Below are positions 54,612-56,781 of a stretch of DNA of 56,781 nt, piece after piece. The first letter of the stretch is position 1. Each line of letters starts with the position of its first letter. The notes beneath the pieces were generated by a model. That model was not told the DNA's origin. It made no database searches and worked only from the letters and a program-made list of their open reading frames with translations. A program made the translations under genes and the position numbers. Source of the DNA: Candidatus Kaiserbacteria bacterium RIFOXYD1_FULL_47_14 (GTDB lineage Bacteria > Patescibacteriota > Minisyncoccia > Phycocordibacterales > Phycocordibacteraceae); contig MFMU01000003.1 in the NCBI GenBank assembly GCA_001781915.1, positions 1,188 to 57,968 of the forward strand. Reading direction: 5' to 3'.

Positions 54612-55202
54612 TTACAATAATGATTCTATCTCGGACTTCATCTGATTAAAAATCTTGATATGTCCTTTAGTGTTCGGATGAAGTCCGTCAATAAGGTCGT
54701 CGTTTCCAACGACGCTTTCCATTGGGATGAATTTCAGCTTGTTGTCCTCGCAAAATTTCTTTATTGCATTATCTAGTCGTTTAATGTTTTCGTTGGTATA
54801 GGATTTATCGGGTTTCCACGGACAAGGAGTAGTTTTTGATTCATCCACTTTTGTTAAACCAACAAAAACAACTTTGTCGGTAAACTTCTCGGCGATAGAA
54901 AAAAGTTTTGCGAGATTTTGCTGAAATTCATCAAGCGAAACGCGCAAGCCGTTTGTAGAGTGGATAAATTGAGCGTCATTGATTCCGATAGCGAAAATTA
55001 TCAAATTCGGCTCGCGCGATTTCGCTTCAACTTCGATTCTGTTGAGTAAGTCGGCTGTGGTATCTCCGGAAATACCAAGATTGTAAACGTCTGTGTCATT
55101 ATCTTTTTCCTCAAAATAATTTCGTAGACGAGTAGCCCAGCCACCTTGCTCTGGATCGTATGCACCCCAAGTTATGCTGTCGCCAAAAATTAAAATATTC
55201 AT
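54612..55202 (-). CDS. SGNH/GDSL hydrolase
   Basis: FGDSIT, NLGISGD, IGIND, DGLHPN. Confidence 0.92.
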   Translation of the reverse strand: MNILIFGDSITWGAYDPEQGGWATRLRNYFEEKDNDTDVYNLGISGDTTADLLNRIEVEAKSREPNLIIFAIGINDAQFIHSTNGLRVSLDEFQQNLAKLFSIAEKFTDKVVFVGLTKVDESKTTPCPWKPDKSYTNENIKRLDNAIKKFCEDNKLKFIPMESVVGNDDLIDGLHPNTKGHIKIFNQMKSEIESLL

Positions 55203-55205
55203 AAA

Positions 55206-55595
55206 TTATCTTTCCCAAATTTTATCATCGGGGGCAAAATCGACCTGATATTCGGGTATGCCAAGCGAAATGCCATAGCGTTTCGCTTCATCGTATTGTT
55301 CTTTACTTTTTCGGTCTATGTAAAAAACTTTGTCGCGGAAAATGATGTAATGATGAGTGTCGTTTTTGAAATCGGCATACCAGTTATGCTTGGAATCTAG
55401 TGCCTTACTGATTTTTTCCGCGACACCAGTAACTTGATTTTCTGGAATTTCAACAGTGTGAAGAGTCCATTGTTTTATCCACGGAGTTTTATGTTCTTCC
55501 ACAACTTCCTCAACTTTCGTCTCCAAAATTTTGACATCTTTGAGAATGTCTTTGTTCTCTAAACTTTCTTCAATGATTACGCCTTGATAGTTCAT
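55206..55595 (-). CDS. Hypothetical protein
   Basis: 129-aa ORF in a tightly packed co-oriented run. Confidence 0.7.
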   Translation of the reverse strand: MNYQGVIIEESLENKDILKDVKILETKVEEVVEEHKTPWIKQWTLHTVEIPENQVTGVAEKISKALDSKHNWYADFKNDTHHYIIFRDKVFYIDRKSKEQYDEAKRYGISLGIPEYQVDFAPDDKIWER

Positions 55596-55599
55596 AATT

Positions 55600-56127
55600 T
55601 TATTGCTTAACTCTTACTTTTTCCGTCATTGCTCTCGTGCTTATATAAGCAAGAGCATCACAATCTGGGTCAGATAGCTCAATCATATCTAAATCAGGGC
55701 GATCAAATATTTTCGCTCCATTGATTTGCGAACCACTTTGCAAAGATTTTTTAAGCTCAATATATTTTTCGTCATCGAGAACAAAATCAACATCACCAAC
55801 TTGCGCTCTATATTGGTCTGGTCTGCGAATGTAAAGATATGTGTATGTAGTTTCCGGAACATCTTCGTGAGCAGGAATAGTTATGGGATTATGGAGACGA
55901 AAATATTTTTGATTAAAATTATCAGATTGCTCTGTTAATTCTTCACGCAATTTTGTGAGTAATATGTATTCCTCATCATAATGACAAAATATTCCCATAT
56001 TTCCTGCAACTGGAAGATATTTTCCAAATGCTTTTTTACACAATTCAAAACAAGCAAAGTGCGTATGCTTTATTGCTTCTAGTAATTCTTTCTCATTTTT
56101 TATTGGGCTGAATCTGTATAATTTCAT
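55600..56127 (-). CDS. Hypothetical protein
   Basis: 175-aa ORF in the same run. Confidence 0.7.
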   Translation of the reverse strand: MKLYRFSPIKNEKELLEAIKHTHFACFELCKKAFGKYLPVAGNMGIFCHYDEEYILLTKLREELTEQSDNFNQKYFRLHNPITIPAHEDVPETTYTYLYIRRPDQYRAQVGDVDFVLDDEKYIELKKSLQSGSQINGAKIFDRPDLDMIELSDPDCDALAYISTRAMTEKVRVKQ

Positions 56128-56148
56128 ATTTTTATACTAAACAAAAAA

Positions 56149-56454
56149 CTAACCTTTTTGTCCTTTAAGAATTATCTTTCCATCAAAAGCTCCTCTCTCT
56201 TCAGATTTTTTCTTCCGTAATTCTTCCACATTTACATAATCAGGTAATTTTTTTAATGCTTCAATTACTTCTATTACATCAGCTAATTCTTCTGGACTAC
56301 CTGCTTCGGAAAATTCCCTTGTTTCTTCTTCAAGCTTTTTAATCAACTCCACCTTATATTCTTCTGGTGTGGCAACCCTCTTTTCATAAGAAACCCCTTG
56401 TTTGTCCAAAATATCTGGGATTTTGTCTCTAACTAATTTGTTGTAATTTTCCAT
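56149..56454 (-). CDS. All-alpha NTP pyrophosphohydrolase (PRA-PH/MazG-like)
   Basis: YNKLVRDKIP, KLEEE..E, EELADV.EV, ERGAF. Confidence 0.85.
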   Translation of the reverse strand: MENYNKLVRDKIPDILDKQGVSYEKRVATPEEYKVELIKKLEEETREFSEAGSPEELADVIEVIEALKKLPDYVNVEELRKKKSEERGAFDGKIILKGQKG

Positions 56455-56458
56455 AAAT

Positions 56459-56671
56459 TTATTTTATCAAATTATCAATACTTATTCCCAATCCCACAGC
56501 AATCTTGGTAACGGTTTGGATTGACGGTTTCGTTATCACATTTGATTCAATCTTGGTCAGTGTTGTATAGGGAATATCGCACTTTCTCGCAAGCGCGTCC
56601 TGTGTCAGTCCTTGCTTTGCTCGAAAGACTTTTATTTTATCCCCAATTTGTTTATTTTGTTTGCTTTCCAT
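56459..56671 (-). CDS. XRE-family HTH transcriptional regulator
   Basis: RAKQGLTQDALA..CDIPYTTLTKIE...PSIQT..KIA. Confidence 0.9.
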   Translation of the reverse strand: MESKQNKQIGDKIKVFRAKQGLTQDALARKCDIPYTTLTKIESNVITKPSIQTVTKIAVGLGISIDNLIK

Positions 56672-56749
56672 AGTATGATAGTATAAGTATGAGCGTTGAA
56701 ACTAACCCTCACAACTATACTAACATGAATTTAATTTTTTCTCAATTTG

Positions 56750-56781
56750 TAGCCGCCGAATTTCCGAAAACCCCCAGTCCG
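56750..56781 (-). repeat. Right arm of the 32-bp inverted repeat (truncated by the window end)
   Basis: Exact reverse complement of 54580-54611. Confidence 0.9.

Noticed and set aside
1..56781. CRISPR array, cas genes, prophage or diversity-generating retroelement
   Set aside because: No regularly spaced repeats, no cas or phage structural genes and no reverse transcriptase. The 90-bp repeat is exact, without adenine-specific variation.

Overview
A 56.8 kb bacterial window that looks like Patescibacteria/Parcubacteria (CPR). This is an inference from the tandem VirB2-like pilins, an N-terminally short IF-2, a HisS-like paralog, a free-standing LAGLIDADG gene beside tRNAs and many leaderless-looking genes. 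The left 8.3 kb is an accessory island with two diverged copies of a candidate RiPP module. Each copy has a membrane-protein gene, a radical SAM/SPASM enzyme with a C-terminal RRE-like domain, a short Cys-rich acidic precursor peptide, an HExxH metallopeptidase and a SET-domain gene (intact at least at its 5' end in copy 1, decayed in copy 2). The two precursors are 54 aa and 45 aa; the second is absent from the ORF track, and both share a K-S-x-G-F-[LV]-S leader motif. An IS3 and an IS30 sit between the two copies. The rest is mostly core genome: a SpeD-SpeE fusion, 7 tRNAs, an ABC exporter, a glycerate kinase-ppsA-eno-D-2-hydroxyacid dehydrogenase cluster, murA, infB-rbfA, two SPFH+partner pairs, seven pilins, gyrA, rpsA, pth, lepB, ybeY, ftsA, an RM pair, ftsZ, trxB and thioredoxins. 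Two REP-flanked Y1 (RAYT-like) transposases are present. Several palindromic REP-type elements sit in frame inside housekeeping genes, including a doublet of the RAYT-2 REP within enolase. A 5-gene cassette at the right end is bracketed by an exact 32-bp inverted repeat, and a promoter- and terminator-bounded candidate ncRNA lies upstream of rpsA. All functional calls come from motif reading only; no database searches were run.
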